DNA of 64,000 nt from Trichoplax adhaerens (lineage: Eukaryota > Animalia > Placozoa): positions 340,581-404,580 of the forward strand of contig NW_002060966.1 in NCBI RefSeq assembly GCF_000150275.1, read 5' to 3'. Below, piece after piece: positions 15,501 through 26,900 of the stretch; the first letter of the stretch is position 1; the number at the start of each line of letters is the position of its first letter. The notes below the pieces were generated by a model that was not told where the DNA came from, searched no databases, and saw only the letters and a program-made list of their open reading frames with translations. Position numbers and translations under genes: made by a program.

Positions 15501-16296
15501 TATGTCTGTCTTTATGATGTTATTGATTGGTATTGATCGCTACATTTGCATCGTCTATCCATTTTCTGATAAGCGTTTAGATATGGCAACCACTAAGAAA
15601 ACGCTAGGTTTAGCATGGGTCATTAGTATCGGTTATATCGCAGGTCCGATTGTATATAGTATAAATAAACCTTACACTCAAACTGTTTATGGTGATAGTC
15701 CAGTTTGTGTGCCTATCAATTTATCTCATAAATTCTTTTACCTGTGGCTACCGAGCTATATATTTTTAACATTCATCATGTGGATCATTGTGACTATTCT
15801 CTATATACGCTTATTTATGAAAGTAAAGCAATCTGGCCGATCAGTACGTCGAAATCAGAAAACAAATCAAGAGCATCGTATGGCTATTCGACTTTTTTTA
15901 ATCTGCATCACGGATATTGTATGTTGGCTACCATTTTATTTTGTGTTTTGGCTTTCTATCTTTCAGATTAAACGAGGAGAAGCCCATTCTTACTTAAATA
16001 GCGGCTTTAGCGTTATCTTACGATTTACCATCTTACCTTATGTTGCTGTCTTTGCATTACCAATCAACTCCGCTATCAATCCATTCCTCTATACTTTTAC
16101 TAGTAGCAATTTTACTGATCGATTACCCGGTTGGTGCAAACAAGGTAGTCCTTGGTGTAAAATGGACAGGAGAAAATGGTCATTTTTTGGATCATTGTCC
16201 AGTTTAAATCAATCATCTAAATCTAATAGTAGTTTAACAATTTCATCGCCGCCTGCAAGAATTCAAAGTTCTGCATCGATAGATTCCAAGTCATAG
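258..16296 (+). CDS. Multi-exon SRCR/EGF/LRR-containing G protein-coupled receptor (RXFP/GRL101-like, class A); 5' end probably incomplete
   Basis: Exons read by hand between AG and GT sites: SRCR 258-587, EGF 1494-1607, degenerate SRCR 2187-2540, EGF 2859-2975, EGF 3149-3268, SRCR 3494-3865, LRR N-cap 3953-4061, about 31 LRR exons 4352-14398, and final exon 15108-16296. Intron phases are consistent (phase 1 between SRCR/EGF modules, phase 2 between LRRs). No intact signal-peptide exon was found in the window. Confidence 0.85.
1494..3268 (+). CDS. Exons: three EGF-like domains (1494-1607, 2859-2975, 3149-3268) and a degenerate SRCR (2187-2540)
   Basis: CASNPCGINATC..YICRC..GFKKNC, CLSNPCVNGHC..YVCKCAVGYTGRNC and C..LCDNNATC..FRCACPPGYDGSHC show six-Cys EGF spacing. 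VRIVESLDRIFGTVQIYSGTSWSKIC is SRCR-like. Confidence 0.85.
3494..4061 (+). CDS. Exons: SRCR domain 3 (3494-3865) and LRR N-terminal cap (3953-4061)
   Basis: WFSICYDNFRITEAIVACKQLGY...CNGNESQLLEC (SRCR); CPPNCTCRENLIICVGKEITEIP (LRRNT). Confidence 0.88.
4352..14398 (+). CDS. About 31 single-LRR exons (66-93 bp, mostly 72-75 bp, phase 2)
   Basis: Examples: 4496-4567 FLDHNDIVSISNNAFQRLPVVEYI; 6661-6732 NLRDNSINYIYPDAFHGMTGLRKL; 9587-9658 NLAENKLKILQYDNFKTLPGLQNL; 14327-14398 NLQNNQLDQVITDSFYGPTYLYKL. All are bounded by AG and GT. Confidence 0.85.
9081..9183. repeat. CpG-rich intronic minisatellite (~11-bp unit TTATCGYGYRA)
   Basis: About 9 consecutive copies of ttatcg(t/c)g..a are visible directly. 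Confidence 0.85.
15108..16296 (+). CDS. Final exon: hinge plus 7TM domain of the LRR-GPCR
   Basis: Hinge YFCC..C..SNCHDLL; TM1 GN; TM2 LAFADFLMGLYL; TM3 IDRY; TM6 TDIVCWLP; TM7 LPINSAINPFLY. The acceptor at 15107 is in frame with ORF 15166-16296. Confidence 0.93.
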
Positions 16297-18500
16297 ATTG
16301 GCTATGCATAACAGATTCATCATACCATCTGTAGATGTAGGCGCATATTGTGTATTCGTATACAAAATGCTAGTTCTAGTTATCGGTATCTGTAGTTACG
16401 TAGTTAGAGCAATGTAGTATTAATTTATCCGTGCATTTACTGGCATGAGGTTTTTTTGAGAAGTAATAATATTCTATAATGTAGCTTCATTAATGTTTGT
16501 TGTATTCTCTATCGATAGTATACAGTACTATGAGAGTGATTCCTAGTTGCAATTCTTATAGAAATGATCGCTAATCTAGGGACTCTATACTATCGCTACA
16601 CAGTTATATAGAGTCTTTAGACTATAGCTATACAGAGAAAGTAGATATAAATTACAAAAAAGATATCTACGTATAAGTTAGCCTAGTTCTAACTTTTGTC
16701 TATCTTCTCTATAGTCATTTACTAATCCAATGATTCATTTTTTTGGTGTGATATTACAAGCAATAAATGATGTTCTAGTTGATATGACTGCTGTTAGATA
16801 GTAAAAATTGGATAAAATCAAATCAAAGGCGTAACATGCATGTTGATTAATTATCGAAGATATTGTTGTAATGATCACGCATAATAGTTATCTTACTCCT
16901 AAGCTAGTAAACAATTTAACATTAAATATACAGTATATAGGGTATCTACTCTGCGAGCAGTATAATATAATATGGAACTGATAATAACTATACACCAAAC
17001 AATCGTTTGATTCTGCTTGCTTGGTTGGATGGATTTGTGAAGTACTAGATGATTGCTATCTTATATGATTAACAGTTAATGCTATGAGGCTAATAAACAC
17101 TATACAATAATCGTCAATTTTATACGATTTTGCTCATATTTCGTCCAAGTGAGTAAGTGTAAGCTGCTAAAAATTCATACGTCATGTTCAAAAGAGGAAT
17201 ACCTGCTGTCAGAGTGGAAGAAAGTGTACAGTATGTACCTTTTCATAGCAGCATGGAATACGATATTACATTATAAACTATAGTATTTTTATTGATGATC
17301 AAATTACCGTCATAGCAGTTGATTCTACATAGGCGTATGTGTATTTCTTGTATTTTGAAGCATCTACAGTATGTGCACTATCGCAGGCATATTATTATAA
17401 TACAATTATTCAACAGTAGAGAGGAATTGACCTATTCCGCTTTTGACCTGATTTGCTAAGACTTATCGCATGCACTTGATCAAATAAGTGGAGAGATATA
17501 AGACAGAGTTCGTAGCTATCACAAACTTTAGAATAGTGATATACAGTAATGCACCATCGGTATTGTCGATATCCTAATAAACTGTTGTTGTACTGTAAGG
17601 TCCATCGCTGATTTTTGACTCGATTTAATGTCACTCTGTTCTCTACTATCAATTGTCAGGAATGGACTACTAATGGGCCAATATTGTAGAGACTTCTTAC
17701 TTTGTAATCAATCAAATAAAAGCAAAGAGATAATAAAATATCGTTCAAGACTTATCATAGACTCGGGAATACTGTAGTTATATACAGTTATCCACCAACA
17801 ATATTCTATAGTACTTGGATATCTCCATGTGTTGCTGTTATGGGGTCAAACCCATAGTCGATTTTATTGATACTATTGCCAACTGTTGAAGGGGTTAATT
17901 AAAGAATAGACATCTTTCTAGAGCTTGAACGTTGCTCTTTCTCTGGTCATTAGACCTGTACAAGACCAGTCACTCGTGAGATGTTGGTCAAGGTCTGGCA
18001 GTATCGTCGCAGCGAATGTTTTTTAACTGCTTCTAGGCTGACTGTAACTGCTAGTCATCGAGTGAAAGGTAAACTGTCCATAAGATTCATGTTATTTATT
18101 AATCCATTTAACAGCTATTATTTGCAATACAGATAACGCAACATTATGCATGAATTATGCGGAAAAAATGGCATTCGTATCCAGATATGGTTAGTCCAGC
18201 TATAAGAGCCACGTTAACATGCTACTAATGAACAAAATAACAAGCACAAAATAGAGTCGATGTACAATGTCAATCTGTTCTTCCAGTATAGTCATCCGCA
18301 AGATTACCCAATGATATTCTAACCTATCATAGATTGCCAAGTTATTTATTTCTTCATAAGATACAGCCAACTGGAAAAGAGAATAGAGTCTTTCCAACCT
18401 TGTAGAACTGTTAGCGTTAGCAAAATGGCCATTGAGTCATGACTGACGTTGAAATGTTCTTGTTTCAAAAATAATAAAATAGTAGTAGGCAATAAACTCT

Positions 18501-18752
18501 TTATTCATCATTGGCAAAATCGGCAGGATTCTTTCTGCTTAATTCAATAAATTTCTTATTGCTCCATTTGTAAACGCAAACGACCATGATCAACGATGGC
18601 GCAACATAAGGGAAGGATTCGCTGAAACGACGTATGGCGTTAGGGATGCCATTCTTCAAAATGCCAGCCATACTTCTTTGCTCGAAAGGTGATAACGAAT
18701 AGGTAATGACATGGCGTACTCTGGCTATTCTACCCCAAACTAGTCCAGTCAT
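18501..18752 (-). CDS. UQCRQ: Cytochrome b-c1 complex subunit 8 (ubiquinone-binding protein QP-C), intronless CDS
   Basis: 83 aa; WGRIARVRHVITYSLSPFEQR and the C-terminal RKNPADFAND match the QCR8/UQCRQ family signature. Confidence 0.95.
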   Translation of the reverse strand: MTGLVWGRIARVRHVITYSLSPFEQRSMAGILKNGIPNAIRRFSESFPYVAPSLIMVVCVYKWSNKKFIELSRKNPADFANDE

Positions 18753-18959
18753 GTTGAATTTTTTGCCTTGAGATTGGATAAATTGCCAAAAGGAATCTTG
18801 GATAGCGTTGCAACGACAATATGGCTGCCACCTTTCCGTTGACGCGAGGGCTAATGAAGTGGATAAATTAGACGTTGTACCGTCCTGTATGGTGCCAAGA
18901 GTATCGTATCAAACACTACATTCCATGTACTACGGAGAAAATCTCTACCAGCACGCTAT

Positions 18960-19510
18960 GGCAACGCACGTACTGTATTGTACAGTACATTGTACTCTAT
19001 TTTACAGTACTACTCACTGTACAGTGTGCATTTCGATAGTGGACCACTTTGGACGGTTCTGAAGTGTACGTCTGTACGTCTGTAAATCTCCAACCATTTG
19101 AGACGTTTCATCGGCGGATTCTCACCCTTTCCAGTGCTTCAAATCTGTACAGTGTACACTGTTGGACTGTTCTGCTGTGTACGTCTGTAAAATCTCCAAA
19201 GATTGGACGGTTCTGAAGTGTACGTCTGTACATCAGTCAATCTTCAACGATTTGAGACGTTTCATCGATGGATTCTCACCATTTCTAGTGCTGCAAATCG
19301 GTGGAGTACTGTACAGTACAGTACAGTAGAGTCTCGTACTGTACACTGTACAGTACATTAGATTGTAGTACTGTAGAATAACCTACAGTACTGTACTGTA
19401 CAGTACAGTATAATGTACTGTATACTGTACTGTACGTGACTTGATCAAAGACTTGTACCAGGAAGCACAATCTACTCGCGTTGTACTGTACAGTGTACAG
19501 TACAACGCAG
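18960..19510. repeat. Low-complexity (TACAG/CTGTA)n region with an internal ~95-bp direct repeat (19051-19146 vs 19206-19299)
   Basis: Many tactgtacagtac motifs; ggacggttctgaagtgtacgtctgta and tttgagacgtttcatcg..gattctcacc each occur twice. Confidence 0.8.
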
Positions 19511-19859
19511 CACTCAGTCATCGAAATTGAGCGGGTGTCATCATTTCTGCATTCAAAGTCACCAACCACTGTAATAGAGATGATGCAAATGGAAACATCC
19601 GTGCACAATCAATAGACACAATGTCAAGTGCACTGCATGATGCAACCGGTTTTCTTTCTTTCCTAAGTTGGATCATTTTGCAGTACTAGAAATACTGATG
19701 CATGAATCCATGCATGGACTGCTTTGCAATAGTAGGGTACGAGGCTTACTATTTACAACATATTCTACAATTTCTATTCACGTTTGCCATCCTAATGTTT
19801 GAAACGTTTGCTGATCAACTCACACACTGTACAGTGTAGACTACGGTAATGGCCACTGT

Positions 19860-20650
19860 GCAAAATAGATGTTGTCTAAATGTGTTTACGCTATACTAGG
19901 AAAGCTACCTATCGACGACATTCATTTTGCATGCTGAAGGTCAACGCTATTGTGAAACCTTAGACAAAATCATTTTGTATTGACATCAAGGCAGGAGAAG
20001 CTGCCGGTATGCGATCGAAAAGCGTGTCAAATAGATGTCGTTTAAAGTGTTGACACTATGGTGGAAAAGCTGCCTTTTGATGACATCTGTTTTACATCCA
20101 TACTGATTATACATTAATCTCGAAATGGGTTCAATACATGTCGTTTAAAGTCTTGACGCTATGGTGGAAAAGCTGCTTATGGACGACATCTGTGCCGACT
20201 ATTAAACTCTGAATTTGGCGAGTCCACGTTACTGCAGTAATTACTGAATTACCATAGTAAGCACTGCTGCAAATTTCTTGAAACGGTCCTCTACAAAGGT
20301 CCATCAGTCCATGCTAACCTGATGCAAAATCGATGATATTACACGAACATCGAGGTCGGAGAAGCTTAGGGTATAGGATCCAAAAACGCGTAAAATAGAT
20401 GTCGTTTAGAGTCTCGATGTTATTATACTGGCAAATGAAGTTGAATAGACAACATCTGTTTTTACTTCCTAAACTATCGAATTAGCATATGCAAACATTC
20501 GATGACATTCGTGAATTTAGCGAATATAAACATGATTGCAAAGAGAATGTTGCGAGTATGCCATTCGCACTAAAAGCACAAACAAAATACATGTCGTTAA
20601 AGCCATGATGCTATACTCAAAAGAGTACCTGTAAGGATGACATGTATTTT
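19860..20650. repeat. Five related ~65-75-bp elements with terminal inverted repeats (MITE-like or hairpin array)
   Basis: Copies at about 19860-19930, 20025-20096, 20132-20194, 20390-20465 and 20584-20650, each AAAATAS ATGTCGT...AYGACATSTRTTTT. Confidence 0.75.
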
Positions 20651-23600
20651 ACATAATAGTCTACGCTGAAGTAGCAGTATATCGTCTTGGTGCTCCACAT
20701 CACTTTAAAGTCATCCAACACCGATAGGAAGTCAACATACGCAAACATGCGGTAAAATCAATGAATTTGTATGAACCTCCTGGCAAGGAGAGAAGTATCT
20801 ACTCTCTTTAGCAAATCCTCTAGCGCCAGCCAATTCACTGATTGACAGCGTCATCATGGCCGCTTGCCCAGGCATCATGGAGCCATGCTTGAATTAAGTT
20901 AGCCATCCAGTTTGACAAGAGAATTAGTGATTGACTGTTGGAAAGGTTTCTACTATATCTTGAGTCGATATTTTCATTGGATGAAAGTGTCATGAAAACA
21001 TGGATAGCAGTGAATTAGCCACATCTTGCAAGAAGTTATTTCCTGGTGATGTTTGCATAGCCATATCCTTCAATTAAATTAATTATTTTTAATTGCTCTA
21101 ACCAAGATTGATTTCAAAGGGTAGAGTTAGATTTGATTCTTTCACTGGACGGTATAGTGAGCAGCAAGTAGCGAGGGATAAATGGCTGTAATAGTATAAA
21201 AGAGATAATCTTCTACATCAATGAAGAATGAATCCATAGATTGACTGTCAATTCGAGCTTGTCAAGAGTCTTGTGACTAGTTCATGCATGTGGAGGCAAG
21301 ATCGTCGAAAATCAAGAGTCTCTTTCTTCTAAGGAAGAATTTTTCCTACAGAACCTATTGGCTATTTTCACCAGTACGGCCCTATTTTCAGATACATGTA
21401 CTACTGCTGGCATTGGTTGTTAGTGACAGAGCTTGATTGATTCATATCTTGTTGATAGTTGAAATATTGATCCTATTGATGCATGGCAGACTGTCTATGT
21501 TAATGGTACTACCGTAGTCAGGAACATTCATACCGCTCGCAGTACTTTTTCTCATAGCGCTCTTATGTCGGATGAAAATCTTGCTTTTACTTTCTACTTT
21601 TCATGGCAACTCTTATCATCGATGCCATTCGTCGGAGCTCGATTTTATTTGCTACTGCAAGTAAACTGACGTAATCAGCAGCTAGACAGCACTGGTACTT
21701 TAGGCTGTGTTAGAAATTAGTTTTGTCTATCAATGCCTCAATCATTTTACGTAAACTGGTACGTCTATTCCCTTGTCTACTTGACCGTCTTATTCTGGAG
21801 AAAGCTTGTACTTGTAGATAGTTTTTAGATGCAAATCTAGTCCATTGGCCAAAGCCTATTTGCTCCTGTTTTGGGGGTTTGTATAACTACAGGATAAGGA
21901 TACGCCATCCGATAGTTAAAATTAATCAACAATTATTAAAGTGTGAACAGAATTTAGTCATGGCGTTGTCTTTCTTAAATTCTTCATCACGTTTGTGTCC
22001 TTGCATATGGACTATATTTAATAATAAATTAAGGTAGCAATGGAAGTCGACATCGTCATTTCAGCCTATGCTTAGTAGTCATTCGATAACTTTACAAGTA
22101 ACAATAGTAGAAGCTTGCCTCCAATCCTTCCGATCATCATCAATAAATTATAATTAGACTGAATAATCTGAGAGTAAACTCCCCTGCATGCGTTTTATTA
22201 TTATTATTTTTGTCGACGGTATTGCCAATCTCAAAAAACGCGATGGTAAATTATTTTGTTATTTTCATATCATAACTGACGATATCCTTTACCATTCCTG
22301 AAAGGTTGTCAGCCAATGGCGCTAATCTCTATCATCACAGTAATTTTGCAAATCCTATACTGATAGGAACACCTCTGGATTGGTCGTTATTAGTAACGAG
22401 AAAGTTATATATATATATATATATAAATATACATACGATGCATTTGCAAGTATCTTGTAGCGTAATCGGTCGGAATCTACCTGAGATGGCGGCATGTGAT
22501 GTTACTGATGACGATATGGTTCCAATGTTATTATATGTACTGCAACTTTCCAATCTCGTTTCATTATTATTCCGTAATGTATTTCTCATACGATCTAATC
22601 ATTAATGAGAAGAATATTAAGCAATACCATCAGTAATATAATTTCATTTAAGACGTTTTTTATAACCTAATCGAAATCCACTATAGATAAGGATAAGGCT
22701 CCAATATTATTGATGCTAACTATATCCCAATCTCCTTTTCAAACTGTCATGCCATAAATGCGATATTACTGCAATCGCTCTTGTACAGCAATGACTATTC
22801 TCTATCGTCTCTTTTATGGCGAGTATCTGTCATGGTTTTCTTCAATAGCTATGACTATTCTCTATCGTTCCTTTTATAGGGAATATATTATTGTCTTGTT
22901 AAATACGCGTATATTGACCTTGGATATTGTATCATAGCTGATATAATGATATAGTATCAGATAGACTATCAAGTTAACACAGGCATTATTTCATCGTTAT
23001 TAACGTGTTAAGAATAGAACTTGATACCGCAGATATGCCGTTACACCAGCGTACACTATTCTACAATACCATATTGTATAATGTCATTTTATGCTGCGTT
23101 TCCTTGACTTTCTCTAAGCAATCAATGCCTCACGCATGTCATGGAACAAGTCCATCGTTTACCGATCAATGCTGGTAATGTTGGTCAGAAGTTGTGACCA
23201 TGATTATGGGTTAGTAGGATTGTTATTGTTCATATGATTTTCGTGCAATCCTGCTTGATTTCATTGCAATATGAAATGATACAAATTAGACATTAGTTAA
23301 TAATCGAAATAACTTCCATCGGATTAATTAAGGTAATGAATAGAGTTATGTTCCATTCAGTGTAGATCGATCGATATCATGATTAAATATGGTGATGATG
23401 TGGTCTTAAAAATGAATAGCTTTAGAAGTGAAAGATAACTTGTTAATACTAGTATAATGCAGTTTAGAACTATTTAAACGCCTACTTCCAGAGTTCCACG
23501 ATTACAGTAATGTTCTATTCAGTGTAGACCGATCGATATTGTAGTTAATTTAATTATGATAGTGATTGAAACTGGCTTAATGTTTGTTCTACTTTCATAA

Positions 23601-23901
23601 TGATAATAGCGTAATTACTGCTTATTAAATAATATTGACTATACAGTGTACAGTATCATAGTCATCTCCGTAGTGAACGTGATGATGACTTAAAATTTAA
23701 TGTATGTTGTAGTGGATTGAATGTTTTGATGCTCACTACTGCGCTTTCTTAAGACCTTATTGCAACAAACAGGGACTAGTTGATTTCATTAACAAATGCA
23801 ATTAAAGTTTTATGCCATGTTTAACACTGCACTATAAAGATACTGACCAGCTTCATCAATTGCATAAAAAATTTCTTATTTAAAATTTTAGCATTATAGT
23901 T

Positions 23902-26900
23902 ATGGACACCTCTAATAGTGATCATCCGCATGTTATTGCTTCTATGGCGATTAATGGCCCTTTTAAAGTACAAGATGGTATATCTTAATGCAATAAAATT
24001 ACTTGAAGATTAATGACAATGTTATGCAGAATTGTACGCTTTATTTATTACACAAACAAACTAGTGGTTGCTAATCTACTTCAATTACCTTGCTTTCTTA
24101 AGTTAAAATAACGTGATGTCAGATAGTTAACGAAACTGACATTAATCACCAGTGCATGGAAAGTAGTTCTTGCTGCCATTTCCGATAATGTAACAAATGT
24201 AATGATTCACTGTGGTATAATCAAGTGCATAGCCTGTCACTGAGGATATGTTGATACTGTTGCGATATCTCTTATTCAGTTTATCATGTTCAGTAGAATT
24301 GCATGCATTATGCATCATGGCAGCTCATATCAACAAGCTGCTTTACTGCAGAATAAGTAATGCAGTACGAATCATGTGGTTGCAAAACCTATGAAACTAA
24401 TTTACTTGCAGTTAATACAGAATACATTACCTAAATCTTACCAAGATCAAGCCTGCCGTTTTTTAATACAATTTTTTTATTGCGTGAAATCATTTTACTG
24501 TGTATTGACCATTTCCTGCTCGATTCATTTTGCAGAAACACCATTAATCAATTTTGACGCGGGTAAGCAATAGAACTTGATGCATTTAAGGCTATATTTA
24601 GTGAAGCAGATCTTGCTATTTCCGTGTACAACTTGTAATTTTATTAAATTAAAACGTTGAACTGTTCTACGGCATTTCTAGTTCATCGATATTTACGCTT
24701 GCAATAACAGAAGTATTAATATTATGCACTTCTTTAAACACCTTCGTCTACATTTTAGAAGGTGACGATAGTAAGAAGCTCCGATTTATCGGCCAGGATA
24801 ATGACGAAATGCTTGTCAATATTCCGTCATCCGTTTCTGTTGTAAATTTTCTGGAAGAAGTTACTAAAGCGACTATTGGTTAGCTCTATTTGTATTTAAC
24901 TGAAGCAATACTAAATGAAGGATGAATAATAAATAGAAATTTAGTTTCAAGTTTAGTTTGACGCCTTAATGAATTGTAATTATACTGTTGTCTTCTAGTA
25001 TCGCAAACTACTTTAGGCAGTTCTCAAAGTTCATCCAAATGGATTCGATCGTACTTGCTTACAATCAAAGAAAGTCAACCTGAATCTGCAGCTACAAACT
25101 CTGCAGGTATAAATATCTATTGTAAAATTTACAGAGAACAGAAATGGACCTATTTTTAGCTCGTTCAATATCGAAGCTTAATGTGTAATTGATTATTTCA
25201 TTTGTAGTTTCAATCAATACGTTTGATCCCGGTAGCAGTCAAGATGAATTACTAATAGTTTTATCTGGAGCTAGTTCTGAAACTAGCTCGCTTGCTTCCA
25301 CTGTTAACGAAACTGAAAGCCTGATTGGCCCCAATGAAAGCACGGCTCGAAAAGTTTTGCAATCCGATTTTCCAGCTGGTGTTCAGGATAACTACGCAGA
25401 ATCAGCATTGTTAAGAGATCCTCGAATAGGGCTTCGGATGCAAGAGTATGAAGATCAATATACAGCTTATGAAAGAATAAGGTAAGATAAAAATGTCTCA
25501 ACATAATACCTCTGTTATACTTTGGTAACGTAATGCATGATTTATACTTAGGGTTACAGCTTGCACATGGAATGTCAATGGACAGCTGACTTCGGAAGAC
25601 ATTTCTGAGTGGCTAAGGAAAGAAGACGGCAATTCAGATATTATTGCTATTGGGTATATGAAAATTTTATTGTTTGTATTTTGTAATCAGAATAATTTTT
25701 TCCTATAAAGAAACAATCACCAATTTTGATGTTACGTTTAATTAGTGTTTTCATAACCATTAAATTTTTTATGACTGTGAGAAGCGGAATAATAGTTATA
25801 ATCTTGCTAATGTTTTGAAAGTGATGTACGTGTATTTCATGATGCAGTTTCCAAGAACTTGATCTTAGTGCCGAAGCTTTGCTACAATTAAAAGAATCGA
25901 GTAGAGCTGAGGAATGGGTGAAAATTGTTGACAAGCATTTGCCTATCGACATGTGCAAGGTTTGTTGGACAGAATTTAGCACGGTAGGTTAATTAATTAT
26001 AATATTCATAACATTATCGATTTTCTTCTTGCCGTCAGGTACGAGGTATAAGATTAGTGGGAATGTTACTATTAGTATATGCAAAATCCAATCTTCGAGA
26101 ATTTATAACTGAAATTCATGCTGATCACGTTGGTACCGGCATCATGGGAATGATGGTTTGTATCTATCATTAATAGGAAATGTTAAAATCTTTAGTATGT
26201 GTTAATGTCCGGTCTCAAGTAATATTCTAAAGAAGTTTTTGTGTTTAAATGCAACTACAAATATGCATAGAAACTAGTTAAAGCTGTAATCATACATTTA
26301 CCAGGACACATTTACAGCCTAACTTACGAAGTTATCAAATTAGGGTAATAAAGGAGGTGTAGCAGTACGATTTAAGTTGCACCTTACTACAATGTGCTTT
26401 GTCAATTCTCATCTTGCTGCTCACGCTGAGGAAATTGAGAAACGTAATCAAGATTTTAAAGAAGTCAGTTCTAAACTTTTTAGTCGCTCAAGTCAGCCTC
26501 TCTCGGTTCTAGATCATGAGTATGCATATCAATAATATAATGAATTGTTAATTTAATGACCACATGTCATATTCAGATTGATGTTTGCAAACTTAAAATT
26601 TGAAACTTTTTAATAAATGTGTGATTCCTTTATTATTAGGACCACGTTCTGGTTTGGAGATTTAAATTATCGAATAGCGGGAAATGAAGCTATAGTTAAG
26701 GATATGATTAAAAGCGGACTTTTAGATGATCTCTTCAAGTTCGATCAGGTATAAGCGTTAAGCTACCAAATAATTTGCATGTGTTGAAAATAAATCAATA
26801 ACCAATTGTGCAGCAATGCATGGAGCAATAACAGCTATGCCTTTATAGCTTAATTTAAAGATGCATTATTGATACGTGTAGTCTTTTTTCCAGTATAGTA

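Noticed and set aside
18808-19608. ORFs 18808-19062 and 19285-19608
   Set aside because: They are translations of the TACAG low-complexity repeat (Y/C/T/V-rich), not credible proteins.
19860-20650. CRISPR array
   Set aside because: Eukaryotic context, repeats of about 70 bp and degenerate, spacers irregular (about 40-200 bp), no cas genes.
22290-22350. RHWLTTFQEW resembling the FBXW7 dimerisation motif
   Set aside because: Preceded by an in-frame stop, with no F-box or WD40 exons nearby.
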